Below, in pieces: positions 1 through 9,520 of a stretch of DNA of 64,000 bases (the first letter of the stretch is position 1; every line of letters begins with the position of its first letter). Position numbers and translations under genes: made by a program. The stretch comes from a virus (lineage: Duplodnaviria > Caudoviricetes), in the IMG/VR virus record IMGVR_UViG_3300037483_000425, positions 12,686 through 76,685 of that record; one strand, written 5' to 3'. Under the pieces are notes generated by a model. It saw nothing but the letters and a program-made list of their open reading frames with translations, was not told the DNA's origin and searched no databases.

Positions 1-284
1 GCCTCAAAAATGTCTTCTTCATCAGACTTCGATGCCTTCATTATTTTTTTGTTCTCTTTGTCAATTTTGTATTTATTTAAGATCTTGATAAGATAAGGAT
101 CTTCAGCAATTATTGCATTAGCTAAGAATTCAAAAATTTCCTGTAAAGATAAGTCCATTCGATATGCAATGGCTCTCAGGTCATTTTTTGTTCTCGTAAA
201 TAGTTTTACATGAAGATGTTTTCTCAAATCAAAATCATGATTTCTTCTTAAGTCTGGATCCTTCAGATATTTCGCCTTAACCAT
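1..284 (-). CDS. Hypothetical protein, possible ribbon-helix-helix DNA-binding protein (runs off window edge)
   Basis: Not in ORF track. ATG at 284, open to position 1 (MVKAKYLKDPDLRRNHDFDLRKHLHVKLFTRTKNDLRAIAYRMDLSLQEIFEFL...). TGA-TATAAT 6 nt upstream; strand-helix-helix pattern suggests RHH. Confidence 0.6.
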   Translation of the reverse strand, partial: MVKAKYLKDPDLRRNHDFDLRKHLHVKLFTRTKNDLRAIAYRMDLSLQEIFEFLANAIIAEDPYLIKILNKYKIDKENKKIMKASKSDEEDIFE

Positions 285-296
285 GACTCTATTATA

Positions 297-833
297 TCAT
301 GCAATTGGTCCAGCGGATCCGCCAGGCGGAGGCATTGGAAGCTCTCTTTCTTCTTCCTCTCCGTCTTCACCATAGGCTATGCCGAATTGTCTGTCAAGAA
401 TGTCTTCAAATTCCTCAATTACTTCTAATGGGTAACCATTTTTTAATAAGTTTATTGCGCGTTGAATTATGACAGGTCTTATGTTTAATAGATTTTCAAA
501 ATTCTCATGCAAATTAGCAACTTTTTCTGCAAATATATCAATATTGATTTTTTGCTCACGAGGATCGGCAGGCTGATCCGCTTTCATTTGATCATCACCA
601 ACCGTCATATCTCCCGGGTCTTCCCCTTCAGGATCTTCTTCAAGCAACAACGCAAAATGCTCATCCAATAAAGCTGTTTCTCCTAAATCATCTTCCATAG
701 ACGCATCTTGCTGATAACGCAGGAAAAGAGAATCTAGTTGACTATCCACACTATTCGGAGAAAGTCTCATTGTTTCTTCTTTTAGAACCTCTAACATAAA
801 AGATTCTAAAAATTTATCTACATTTATAGCCAT
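297..833 (-). CDS. Acidic hypothetical protein, in operon with SOD-like gene
   Basis: 178-aa ORF overlapping the upstream gene; no recognised motif. Confidence 0.7.
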   Translation of the reverse strand: MAINVDKFLESFMLEVLKEETMRLSPNSVDSQLDSLFLRYQQDASMEDDLGETALLDEHFALLLEEDPEGEDPGDMTVGDDQMKADQPADPREQKINIDIFAEKVANLHENFENLLNIRPVIIQRAINLLKNGYPLEVIEEFEDILDRQFGIAYGEDGEEEERELPMPPPGGSAGPIA

Positions 834-1519
834 CCTTGCCCTTCTCCACTTATTGCTTGATTTATTAAGTCAGCTCTTTTGAAACGATGCTCAATAACAT
901 TCCAATTTAACTCTTTCATCATAGCAACAATATAGTCTTTTTTGTTATTTAGATAGTCTCGTCTTGCGTGCTCCCACATATCCAAAACGATTACAGGATA
1001 TGCTCCAACAGGAACATGGCAATCATGCCCATCCACAATAAAGTTGATGTAACGCTTTAGATAGGTGCTAAAAGCCGTGACAACCCATCCTCCATTCTTC
1101 GCACTCATCCCGCAAGCAATAAAATCACGTTGCCAATCATTAAATGTGCCAAAATCTCGATTTAAGCGCATATGAGCAAAACTATCCATTCCAATTTCAG
1201 AATAGGGATCGCTTATGTTTGAAAAATATAGCTCATGCAAATAAACCGCATTTATCATATATTGTTCATTAATTTTGACATTTCTATATTGACTATTTAT
1301 ATTTGCAGACATTCTATCTGCAATATCCATTTCAGCACTTAATGCATTGAAATTTTCCACATAACCATTATAAAGCTCTTTATGCGCTTCTTTGGTTTTA
1401 GTAAGAATCATCTCTGTATTCAAATCATAAATTTTAGGCTGAGCAACATAAGCTTCATTTAAATTTTCGTCCAAGCCTAAACTGTCTCTAATAATTTTTT
1501 TAACTTCACCTTTGTTCAT
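824..1519 (-). CDS. Fe/Mn superoxide dismutase-family protein
   Basis: AHKELYNGYV, LHELYF, GGWVV and LDMWEHA match the four metal-ligand positions of Fe/Mn SOD. Confidence 0.8.
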   Translation of the reverse strand: MNKGEVKKIIRDSLGLDENLNEAYVAQPKIYDLNTEMILTKTKEAHKELYNGYVENFNALSAEMDIADRMSANINSQYRNVKINEQYMINAVYLHELYFSNISDPYSEIGMDSFAHMRLNRDFGTFNDWQRDFIACGMSAKNGGWVVTAFSTYLKRYINFIVDGHDCHVPVGAYPVIVLDMWEHARRDYLNNKKDYIVAMMKELNWNVIEHRFKRADLINQAISGEGQGWL

Positions 1520-1522
1520 AAT

Positions 1523-1894
1523 TTATCCCAATTTATATTCGTCCATTAGCTCTTGATAACTAACCTTAAAAAGATAGTTTTCTGGGCTCGATATGTCCAT
1601 TATTTGATTTTCTACATCATTGACTGCAACATAATAATCTAATCCAGAATCTTTGTGAGCTAAACGAATTCCAGATCCCAAAGTTTGAATAATATCCAAA
1701 GTCAGGTTTTCTGGCTTTTTCTTTTTGGTTGGTTCCCGAGATTCTGGATCCGGTTCTTCTTCTTCTCCACCATCTTCTTCTTGTGGCTCTTCCAATTCAA
1801 TTCCTTGCTTTTCACAAAAATCTTTCAATTTTCGTTCGAACTCTTTGCGAACAAGAGTCACCACATCTCTATCTGTGATAACAGGATTGACCAT
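1523..1894 (-). CDS. Hypothetical protein, first gene of a late-type operon
   Basis: 123 aa; GAGG SD and TACTTA at 1917-1922 upstream. Confidence 0.7.
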   Translation of the reverse strand: MVNPVITDRDVVTLVRKEFERKLKDFCEKQGIELEEPQEEDGGEEEEPDPESREPTKKKKPENLTLDIIQTLGSGIRLAHKDSGLDYYVAVNDVENQIMDISSPENYLFKVSYQELMDEYKLG

Positions 1895-1982
1895 ATAAAA
1901 CCTCTTCTATATATCATAAGTATTCATTTGAAAAATAAACAATGTCTATGGATTGCGCGATTGAAGACAATACTTATTCATT

Positions 1983-2606
1983 GTGGGATTAAGGGTAAAA
2001 TATCTTCAATTTATTGAAAATTGTGTTGAAAAAGCGAATTTAGATGGAGACAACCTAACAATAGTTGAACTTGGAAATCAACATATGCGTAATTCTGATA
2101 ATATGTTATCTTTTTACAAAGAAAAAGGCATAAAAAAACCAAAAAGAACTGGCAAGGAATACTTCCAAGCCTGCGGATATGACCACACATCAATTGACTT
2201 AAATGGAAGTGACAAAGCTTTGCGAGAAGACCTCTCCAAAGAGATTAAGAATAAAAAACTATTAAATAATTTCGATGTTCTTACAAATTGCGGAACATCA
2301 GAACATGTCAAAAATCAATATGAATGCTTTAAGAATTGCCATAATTTATGTAATGAAAATTCTGTCATGATTCATATTGTGCCACAACTCGGTAGCTGGA
2401 AGAAACATGGCGATTTCTTTTATAGAAATCAATTTTTTGAAATACTAGCAAAATATTGCCATTATGAAATTATTGACAATACAGTTATTGGCAAACCTCC
2501 AACTGCACTTGTAAGCGTTGGCCTTAAAAAAACAAAAAACGCAGAATTTGTAAGCAAAGAAAAATTTCAAGAACTTTTTACAAAAAACGAATCAAAGTCC
2601 AGCTAA
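1983..2606 (+). CDS. Class I SAM-dependent methyltransferase-like protein
   Basis: IVELGNQ, SIDLNG and DVLTNCGTSEHV motifs; TACTTA 6 nt before the GTG. Confidence 0.6.
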   Translation: MGLRVKYLQFIENCVEKANLDGDNLTIVELGNQHMRNSDNMLSFYKEKGIKKPKRTGKEYFQACGYDHTSIDLNGSDKALREDLSKEIKNKKLLNNFDVLTNCGTSEHVKNQYECFKNCHNLCNENSVMIHIVPQLGSWKKHGDFFYRNQFFEILAKYCHYEIIDNTVIGKPPTALVSVGLKKTKNAEFVSKEKFQELFTKNESKSS

Positions 2607-2798
2607 TTTTGCCCAACGACTGCGACTGAGTTCTTTTTCTTTTTCATCGAACGTCATGTTGGCCAGCAGATCAAACGAATCTCGGTTTGTGGTTTGATAT
2701 TTCGACATTCCACCATTTACTTTCTTTGCAGCCAGTTTTTTTATGCTATCTTCTAGCATTTTAGTCCTCATTTCTATGCAAATGTTATCTAAATTCAT
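2592..2798 (-). CDS. Small protein ending in a copy of the scaffold C-terminal motif (SRWAKLAGL)
   Basis: Start reassigned to ATG 2798 (TATAAT 6 nt upstream); MNLDNI N-terminus; C-terminus matches scaffold 61102-63156 (SRWGELAGF). Confidence 0.7.
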   Translation of the reverse strand: MNLDNICIEMRTKMLEDSIKKLAAKKVNGGMSKYQTTNRDSFDLLANMTFDEKEKELSRSRWAKLAGL

Positions 2799-2805
2799 AT
2801 AAGCA

Positions 2806-3741
2806 TTATATCGCATTTTCTTCAAATGGTATCGGGATAAATATGCTACGAGGATTTTGAAGCGTTTCAAAGCCAGCGGCATTCTTATGACCGCCTCCGC
2901 CAAATAGTTTAGCAATAGCTGAAACATCAGTTTCCCCTTCAGATCGAAGAGAAACAATAGACTTTCCTGAATCTATAAACATAGACCACGCAATAGCAAT
3001 ATCAAACCCATGGATATTTGTTCTTAACAAATGGTGGCATAAATCTGACACGATAACAGGAGAAGAGTCATTAACTGACATAGCATTGTATTCGGATCCA
3101 TCTGGGGCCAGAATACGAACAGGAACAGCCTTCTTCGCCGCAATCTCAACCAACTTTTTCTTAAATCTAAGAATTGCTCTCCCTTCTCCCATAAAAGCTT
3201 GAAGCTGACTCTCAGAACCATCCAAGTCATTAATCCAGTCCAAATTTTCAAAAGACAGTTCCCAACTATCCATAGATGCGAGAAATTCTTTAGAATTATG
3301 GACATTCCATTTCCAAATATCCCGATCTTCGATGCACCTAATCATAAAAGGGGCTTCGTATCCTGGGTTCATGAAATCCCAAGCCATCCGCGCTCCAGAA
3401 CGACCCATATCAAAGACGTAATCACAATCAATTTTACCATCCAGATTTTCAACCGCAGTTTTATGATGATCTAAAATGAGCATCTTATTTGCTCTTCTGT
3501 TCAATTCATTGATAAAATTTGGGTCCTTGTAGGCGAAATCAACCATCAGAACATTTTTTCCATCTACTTCTGGTAACTTTTCTGAGCCATAGCTGGCAAA
3601 AAAGAACTTACAGTTGGGATTGTCCCTCCACACACACCAAGCTGCTCCCCATCCATCTGGACAATTAGAATGAGCGATCACATAATTTATTTCGTGAGGT
3701 TGCATGTCGCGCACCATATCATAGTCATTAATCAATGTCAA
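2806..3741 (-). CDS. DHH/DHHA1-family phosphoesterase
   Basis: HSNCPDG, LDHHKT, EDRDIW and GGGHKNAAGF motifs; exact start uncertain. Confidence 0.85.
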   Translation of the reverse strand: MTLINDYDMVRDMQPHEINYVIAHSNCPDGWGAAWCVWRDNPNCKFFFASYGSEKLPEVDGKNVLMVDFAYKDPNFINELNRRANKMLILDHHKTAVENLDGKIDCDYVFDMGRSGARMAWDFMNPGYEAPFMIRCIEDRDIWKWNVHNSKEFLASMDSWELSFENLDWINDLDGSESQLQAFMGEGRAILRFKKKLVEIAAKKAVPVRILAPDGSEYNAMSVNDSSPVIVSDLCHHLLRTNIHGFDIAIAWSMFIDSGKSIVSLRSEGETDVSAIAKLFGGGGHKNAAGFETLQNPRSIFIPIPFEENAI

Positions 3742-3757
3742 CCGAATATTTATAATC

Positions 3758-3934
3758 GTGGAAGACCAACTAAGACAATTTGTTAGGTCAATAATTCAAG
3801 AAAAAGGACCAATTGTTTCTAGAGAATATAAAGCCTACAAGGGGTCTAAGAAGGCTGGCGCAGACGATCCTGAAGCGATGGCTGCGGCTGCCACAATTGC
3901 AATTAAAGGGAAGCCTGCCAGCAAAGACGAATAA
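3758..3934 (+). CDS. 58-aa protein with capsid-targeting-like N-terminus
   Basis: Not in ORF track. GTG 3758 to TAA 3934 (MEDQLRQFVRSIIQEKG...); TATTTA 5 nt upstream; stop overlaps the next ATG. Confidence 0.7.
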   Translation: MEDQLRQFVRSIIQEKGPIVSREYKAYKGSKKAGADDPEAMAAAATIAIKGKPASKDE

Positions 3935-4359
3935 TGTTATTACGTGAATACATACGCTCCGTTTTGCTTGAAAGGCGAGAATATGACATTTCCACAGAAG
4001 GAACGAGCTATTCTGAGAATCAAATAAAGAAATTTATCAAATTCGCAGCCAATGAACTCAAATTAAAAGAAGTTCCAAAAATTGAGATTGTTCAACGCAT
4101 CCCGAAAGGCACAACAGGAGCATATCACTTTGGCGGAGAATCAAAAAAGATCCAGGTTCGTGGCAATGGACGAAAACTCGTTGATATTTTGAGAAGCTTG
4201 GCGCACGAACTTGTTCACCACAAACAAAAAGAACAAAAAAGACTTCGCAAGATAAGTAAATCCGGCATTGGCGGAAAGATTGAAGACGAAGCAAATGCCA
4301 AAGCTGGACAACTTATCAAAAAATATGGAAAAACGTATAAGCGACTATATAGCGCCTAA
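3934..4359 (+). CDS. HExxH zinc metalloprotease-like protein
   Basis: LAHELVHHKQ plus downstream EDEANAKAG; MLLREYIRSVLLE N-terminus. Confidence 0.7.
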   Translation: MLLREYIRSVLLERREYDISTEGTSYSENQIKKFIKFAANELKLKEVPKIEIVQRIPKGTTGAYHFGGESKKIQVRGNGRKLVDILRSLAHELVHHKQKEQKRLRKISKSGIGGKIEDEANAKAGQLIKKYGKTYKRLYSA

Positions 4360-4453
4360 TATTATCCATATTTTTGTAGAATCCAATGATTCCAAATAGT
4401 GTCTTTATAAGAAACTTTGTGACTTATAGACCCCGTTCCCTGGATAAATTCAT

Positions 4454-4588
4454 CTATTCCAAAGATTTCAAGTCAGAAACTCTTTCTTGTAAATCTTTTA
4501 TTCTCTTTACTAACTCTAAAACTGGATCATGGAATACGATACCATTAGATTTCTCTCTTGGTCGATCATTGAAAGGCTTAATGGTCAT
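4454..4588 (-). CDS. 44-aa hypothetical protein coupled to the MTase
   Basis: ATG 4588 overlaps the MTase end; C-terminal coiled-coil-like stretch. Confidence 0.4.
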   Translation of the reverse strand: MTIKPFNDRPREKSNGIVFHDPVLELVKRIKDLQERVSDLKSLE

Positions 4589-5072
4589 TATCTCTCCCCA
4601 TTGTGAAAAACTCTGGCTTAGAATGCGCTCCATCAAACACAACAACCATTGAAGGAAAAGGAGCAGGAGCTTCTCCCTCAATCATCTTATTCTTGAATTT
4701 CAATCTTCCTTTCACGAAATGAACCTCTTTGGCTCGCATGCAAAACTTATGAAAAAATTGAGTATCCGTTCTTGACGGGATTAATACCACAACAATTGTG
4801 TTTTCTTTACACCCTTCATCAAATGCTTTCTCAACCCATTTTCCAATTTTGCGTCCATAAGGCGGGTTCAAGAAAACAATATTGTTGCTCCAATCTTTAT
4901 TTAATGCATCATCTTCTATTGAAAAGAAGTTATCACATTTTGCATTATCTTTTGTCGCTGCCGCATCAAGAGTAAACTGAAATCGATCATTCAATGAATT
5001 AAAAAATAAGTCGCCTGTTTCCCATTCATTGCTTTTGGATGAGAACATTGTCGCTTGTGTTGCTTTGTCCAT
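4578..5072 (-). CDS. Phage N6-adenine DNA methyltransferase (phage Dam-like family)
   Basis: FTLDAAAT-NAKC-FF, FLNPPYG and LIPSRTDT motifs. Confidence 0.85.
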   Translation of the reverse strand: MDKATQATMFSSKSNEWETGDLFFNSLNDRFQFTLDAAATKDNAKCDNFFSIEDDALNKDWSNNIVFLNPPYGRKIGKWVEKAFDEGCKENTIVVVLIPSRTDTQFFHKFCMRAKEVHFVKGRLKFKNKMIEGEAPAPFPSMVVVFDGAHSKPEFFTMGRDNDH

Positions 5073-5075
5073 TCT

Positions 5076-5873
5076 CTAGCCTGTATTCAATATGCTATCA
5101 GACTCAATCTTAAGTTTGCTTCTTTCTTTTGTCTCCACTCTACGAGTAACTTTAGTAAAAGGTCCATTTAGATGGCGCACAGCCTGATAAGCATAAAATT
5201 GGGCACCATCCTGCCTTCTAAGATGCGCCACCTTTGTTATCTCGTCTTCTCTTCCTGGCACCAAATCATTGTACTTTGTAATCAAAGTTGTCCTTTCACT
5301 TCGAACCCCTTTAATACCAAGAGGGTTTGGGAAAACAAACATTGGCCTTTGTCTGTCCATCCCATCACCATAAGACCCAAGATCAATCTTTTTTTCACGA
5401 ATACCTGTTGCCTCAAGATACAAATCAAAATCAGCATTAATGAAATCGCCATCAACCATCATCATTGAGCCAATTTCATAAAACTCTTTATCAACCAAAA
5501 TCAATTGAGCAAACAAATAATAACAAGGAATTGTGCGATCTTCTCCAGATACTTCGACAACAACTTGCCCACAAGGCGGCGTGCTATTGAAGTTTATATC
5601 CCCAGATTTCGACTTGGAAGTTTTTACCTCCAATCCAAACAATCCATGAACGGAATCATTAACTCCAAAATGAAAGAATGCAAGATCAGGACAAACATGC
5701 GGTGGTGCTACAACATGAAAAACATCAACAAAAACATTGTCATGCAAATATTCAACAAATGGATCCGAAACTACAGAAGATTTCGCAGGAAGCTTAAATC
5801 TCTTTTTTGAACCGTCTTCTGTAAAAAAATGAGAACAAATACTATAAAAAACATTTGGAATGTGCGCTGACAT
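5076..5873 (-). CDS. PD-(D/E)xK nuclease, putative type II restriction endonuclease
   Basis: CPDLAF...GLEVKTSK catalytic pattern; adjacent to the MTase. Confidence 0.55.
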   Translation of the reverse strand: MSAHIPNVFYSICSHFFTEDGSKKRFKLPAKSSVVSDPFVEYLHDNVFVDVFHVVAPPHVCPDLAFFHFGVNDSVHGLFGLEVKTSKSKSGDINFNSTPPCGQVVVEVSGEDRTIPCYYLFAQLILVDKEFYEIGSMMMVDGDFINADFDLYLEATGIREKKIDLGSYGDGMDRQRPMFVFPNPLGIKGVRSERTTLITKYNDLVPGREDEITKVAHLRRQDGAQFYAYQAVRHLNGPFTKVTRRVETKERSKLKIESDSILNTG

Positions 5874-5890
5874 GAACCTCCATTAACGGG

Positions 5891-6280
5891 TTAACAAATT
5901 TTTGTTGTTTTTGAACTAAACACATCATTGAACAAGTGCGTGCTCCATCCTCGTTCGGCCGGTGTTCCCCTATCTGGTGTAACTTTAGTAAAAAACCCCT
6001 GAACTTTATCTTGAATTCCAAATGTCAAATCAGGATCTGTATTTCCATTAATTGGATCGTAATACTCAAGCGCGCCATCAATGTAAGAAATAATCACATT
6101 AGCATCTTCTTCCATTTTTACCTTCTTTTTGATGATTTTGTCTAATTCGTCAAAATCTTCTCCTTTGATCTCTTTAATGTGATCTCGGATAATAAGCGCC
6201 TGTTCTTTTGTCAAAGGCTTGTCATTATTTCTAATTTCAAAAAAGCCCTGTAACCAATATAAAAATTCTATATTATTCAT
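5891..6280 (-). CDS. Phage hypothetical protein (FxYWLQGxFE family), paralog of 52892-53296
   Basis: EFLYWLQGFFEI versus DFLHWLHGFYQM; both also have LTxxQ..I.DHI. Confidence 0.7.
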   Translation of the reverse strand: MNNIEFLYWLQGFFEIRNNDKPLTKEQALIIRDHIKEIKGEDFDELDKIIKKKVKMEEDANVIISYIDGALEYYDPINGNTDPDLTFGIQDKVQGFFTKVTPDRGTPAERGWSTHLFNDVFSSKTTKIC

Positions 6281-8436
6281 TTTATTGCTCCATGAGGCAA
6301 TCCTTCATGATAGCCTGCCATTGTTTGAGTCTTGTACCGAGCATTTCTCCAAAGTTCGTCAAATGTTCTTGCATTGGAATAGCTCATTCCTGATCGAACT
6401 CCCGCCACCAACTCCCCCACAATCTCTTCAACTGTGCCGCCCTCAGACATTCTTGTATGAGTACCCTCGGAAGCGACCTGTCCACGAGCAGGATCCGCCG
6501 CAGAACCCTTATAAAACTTTTGTCCATTCGTTGCAGGCGCGGCCGACTCTTTGGCCGGCGCAAGCAAACCGCCAATCATCACCATATTCGCTCCTGCAAC
6601 AATAGATTTAACAATATCTCCAGAGTAACGAATGCCACCATCTGCAACAAGCAATTTCTCTTCAGCATCTGTCCAATATGCACAATCTTGAATGGCAGAA
6701 AATTGTGGAACTCCATGACCTGTTACAGTCCTTGTTGTGCAGACAGAATTATGTACAATGCAATTGTTGGCAATAAAACTGTGAGTTGGACAATCTACTT
6801 CAATGTCCCAAGTTTCAATTTCGATTTCTTGTTCTTCTCGATCTCTAAATGTTCCATACCAACAATTTTCAGTAAACCTGTTTGATGTATGAATTTTTAC
6901 ATTGTGCGCTTCGTTTAGATTATCAAAATTGCATTCAAAACCAGCCGACTTAGACGGAGTGTGAGCATTATAGCTTTTTCCGAGAATAGAACAACAAAAA
7001 TAAAACAATTCTATTAATTTTTCACTAGTATTTGTGAAGCAATCCCTGCCATTTTTTTCAGTGTGGCCATCAGAATCAATAAGTCCATCATAAATTCCTA
7101 AAACATATTCTTTATTACAAGCAAGATATTTTTCATTAAGGCTCTTTTTTTCTCTTTTGCCGAAATCTTCCAAAAGCATAGCAAAATATTTATTGTAGAT
7201 AATAACAGTTTTTAGATTAGCACTTTCGTCAATCGACGGATTAAGTCCATATCCCCGAAGAATGCCAATCAATTTATCAACAATTCTGTCTTCATTTTTC
7301 CCAAAATACCAACAAACAACCCCACTTCCATTTGGTAAAACTCGTGCATTGCCATCCCCTAAAAAAGTCCCAAATACATACCCTAGATTATATGAACATT
7401 TGATCCATCTTTTGAATTCTTTGTTTCCATTTGTTTTAATTGTGCCTGTAGTAATTTTCGACCTTATTGAAAACTGAGCCAAATCAATCCCAAAATCAAA
7501 TTGTAAATGATAATCAATATTTTTTGGCATCAAAGTCAAAGTTTGATTATTTGTATTTTCAATTTGCTCCCATTTATACTTAGAAGATTTTGGTATTGTC
7601 TTTGACTGTTGCTCTAATAATTTAGATATTCCTTTTGACTGGAATGTCTCCCAAGAAACACTTCGACAATCACCAATCCAATATTTGTGATCAGGCGTAA
7701 CAAAAGTATCTTTATGCCAACTTGATGTTTTCTGTTTAACTACTTTCCTAATTCCGCTATTAATTTTATTAAGTACTCTTACTGGTTTTCCATTCTTATT
7801 AATTACAAATTCTCCAGGATTTATTTTTTCTATATTTTTATATGTACCATTCGCCATAAGAACTTTGGTTCCAGAGGCAAAACAACCAGGACCAACCCCA
7901 CACTTAATTGCATCTGCTCCCCACATAATCAAATCATTTGTAGCAGTTCCTGTTGCCACATTTCCTGCCATAATATAAACATCATCGCCCCACTTGTCTC
8001 GCATCCACTTGATTGTCTCTTCCATCTGAATGCTATGACCATGAGCAATGTCAACAATAAACATCCGCGCCCCCGCATTGTAAAGCGCTTCTGCTCTTTC
8101 TGGCTCATTAATGCCAATTGAAACAAAACAATCCCTCGACTCTTCCTCCCCAGGAATAGTGTATGAATATTTTACTCTTCTATATTCAATAACATTTGCT
8201 TCAATATCCCAAAATCTATGAATGGCCCCAATTCCTCCTGCATCCCACATAGCATTCGCCATTCCTGAATCCGTTACCGTCTTCATGTTGGCCGAAATAA
8301 TAGGGTTTGGCCTTTCATATTTCCATATCTTGACGCTCGTGTTCGCTTCAGAACGAGATCTTAATGTGGTCATTTGCGGGATAAGAATAATATCATCAAA
8401 TGTGTATGATAATGTTGTCATTATATTTTCCACCAT
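6277..8436 (-). CDS. IMP dehydrogenase / GMP reductase family enzyme (no CBS domains) with intein
   Basis: TFDDIILIP, SANMKTV, VDIAHGHS, MAGNVAT, GVGPG|SVCTTR catalytic loop, ADGGIRYSGDIVK; guaB versus guaC not resolved. Confidence 0.9.
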   Translation of the reverse strand: MVENIMTTLSYTFDDIILIPQMTTLRSRSEANTSVKIWKYERPNPIISANMKTVTDSGMANAMWDAGGIGAIHRFWDIEANVIEYRRVKYSYTIPGEEESRDCFVSIGINEPERAEALYNAGARMFIVDIAHGHSIQMEETIKWMRDKWGDDVYIMAGNVATGTATNDLIMWGADAIKCGVGPGCFASGTKVLMANGTYKNIEKINPGEFVINKNGKPVRVLNKINSGIRKVVKQKTSSWHKDTFVTPDHKYWIGDCRSVSWETFQSKGISKLLEQQSKTIPKSSKYKWEQIENTNNQTLTLMPKNIDYHLQFDFGIDLAQFSIRSKITTGTIKTNGNKEFKRWIKCSYNLGYVFGTFLGDGNARVLPNGSGVVCWYFGKNEDRIVDKLIGILRGYGLNPSIDESANLKTVIIYNKYFAMLLEDFGKREKKSLNEKYLACNKEYVLGIYDGLIDSDGHTEKNGRDCFTNTSEKLIELFYFCCSILGKSYNAHTPSKSAGFECNFDNLNEAHNVKIHTSNRFTENCWYGTFRDREEQEIEIETWDIEVDCPTHSFIANNCIVHNSVCTTRTVTGHGVPQFSAIQDCAYWTDAEEKLLVADGGIRYSGDIVKSIVAGANMVMIGGLLAPAKESAAPATNGQKFYKGSAADPARGQVASEGTHTRMSEGGTVEEIVGELVAGVRSGMSYSNARTFDELWRNARYKTQTMAGYHEGLPHGAIK
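6748..7884 (-). mobile_element. Intein with LAGLIDADG homing endonuclease (379 aa)
   Basis: Starts CFASGT, ends IVHN followed by Ser; LGYVFGTFLGDG and GIYDGLIDSDG blocks. Confidence 0.92.
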
Positions 8437-9335
8437 TGAATGGTTTTTTCAAGACCATCCCAAAAACGAACCTTTGGCTCATATCCATACTTGGATAATG
8501 CTGATATATCAGCTTGCGTATGCTTCACATCGCCTGGTCTTTCTGGGGCGTGCTCTATATTAAGATCTCCAAACCTCTTTTTAAGAAATTCTAATATTTC
8601 GTTATTTGAGGTTCGATCACCACAAGCAACATTGAAACAATCACCTTTGAAGATCGTATCAGCTGTTGCAACAATAATGTTAGCATCCACAACATTATCT
8701 ACATAGCAAAGATCTCGACTTTGTTCTCCATCCCCATCGGAACGAAGAGGCGTTCCGTGCTTAATCGCATGACACCAAGCAGCAACCGCTGTGCTATAAG
8801 GAGAATCACCATATTGATAGGGTCCAAATACATTGAAATAACGTAAGCAAACAATATCCAATCCGTACAGCCTATGAAACATTTTGGCAAAATCTTCAAT
8901 CGTTTTCTTTTGCAATGCATAAGGAGAAACGGGATTCAAAGGTTCCGTTTCTTTTGTTGGCATATTCTTTGCTCCACCATAAACAGAAGAACTTGAAGCA
9001 AAGACAAACCGATTCACGTTACCACGTGCCGCCTCCATTAGCTTGATCGTTTTTGCAATATTTGTTTCGGTTGTTTCATAAGGTTGCTCAACAGATAATG
9101 AAACCCTTGGCATGGCCGCTTGGTGAAAAATAACATCGAATTCACTATTGGAGACCTTATCCAAAATGATTGGATCAGCAAAATCCATGGTGAAATTTTC
9201 TTTTCCCATGAAAAACTCATTGTGACCAGAGGATAGATCATCCACAACGGTAACATCTAACCCCATATTCATTAATCTTTCGGTTAAGTTGCTGCCAATA
9301 AAACCGGCTCCGCCTGTGACTAATATTTTCTTCAT
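8421..9335 (-). CDS. NAD-dependent sugar-nucleotide epimerase/dehydratase
   Basis: VTGGAGFIGS, SSSSVYG, YALQK (YxxxK), LRYFNVFGP. Confidence 0.92.
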   Translation of the reverse strand: MKKILVTGGAGFIGSNLTERLMNMGLDVTVVDDLSSGHNEFFMGKENFTMDFADPIILDKVSNSEFDVIFHQAAMPRVSLSVEQPYETTETNIAKTIKLMEAARGNVNRFVFASSSSVYGGAKNMPTKETEPLNPVSPYALQKKTIEDFAKMFHRLYGLDIVCLRYFNVFGPYQYGDSPYSTAVAAWCHAIKHGTPLRSDGDGEQSRDLCYVDNVVDANIIVATADTIFKGDCFNVACGDRTSNNEILEFLKKRFGDLNIEHAPERPGDVKHTQADISALSKYGYEPKVRFWDGLEKTIQWWKI

Positions 9336-9520
9336 TCTTTCCTCAACTTCTTTAATGTTTCATCAATAAAATCCATAGAAAGGTCCATCCAATAAGCTGC
9401 TGTTTCCTGAATCAAACTATAATGCTGACCAGGGTTCAAAAGCTTTGCCAACTCTAAGCATTTTTCCGCTTTTGCTAGTTCAGGATCATTTTTATTCACA
9501 ATATTGTCTAATTTATTCAT
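9332..9520 (-). CDS. Small hypothetical protein with MNKLDNI tag
   Basis: 62 aa, translationally coupled on both sides. Confidence 0.65.
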   Translation of the reverse strand: MNKLDNIVNKNDPELAKAEKCLELAKLLNPGQHYSLIQETAAYWMDLSMDFIDETLKKLRKE

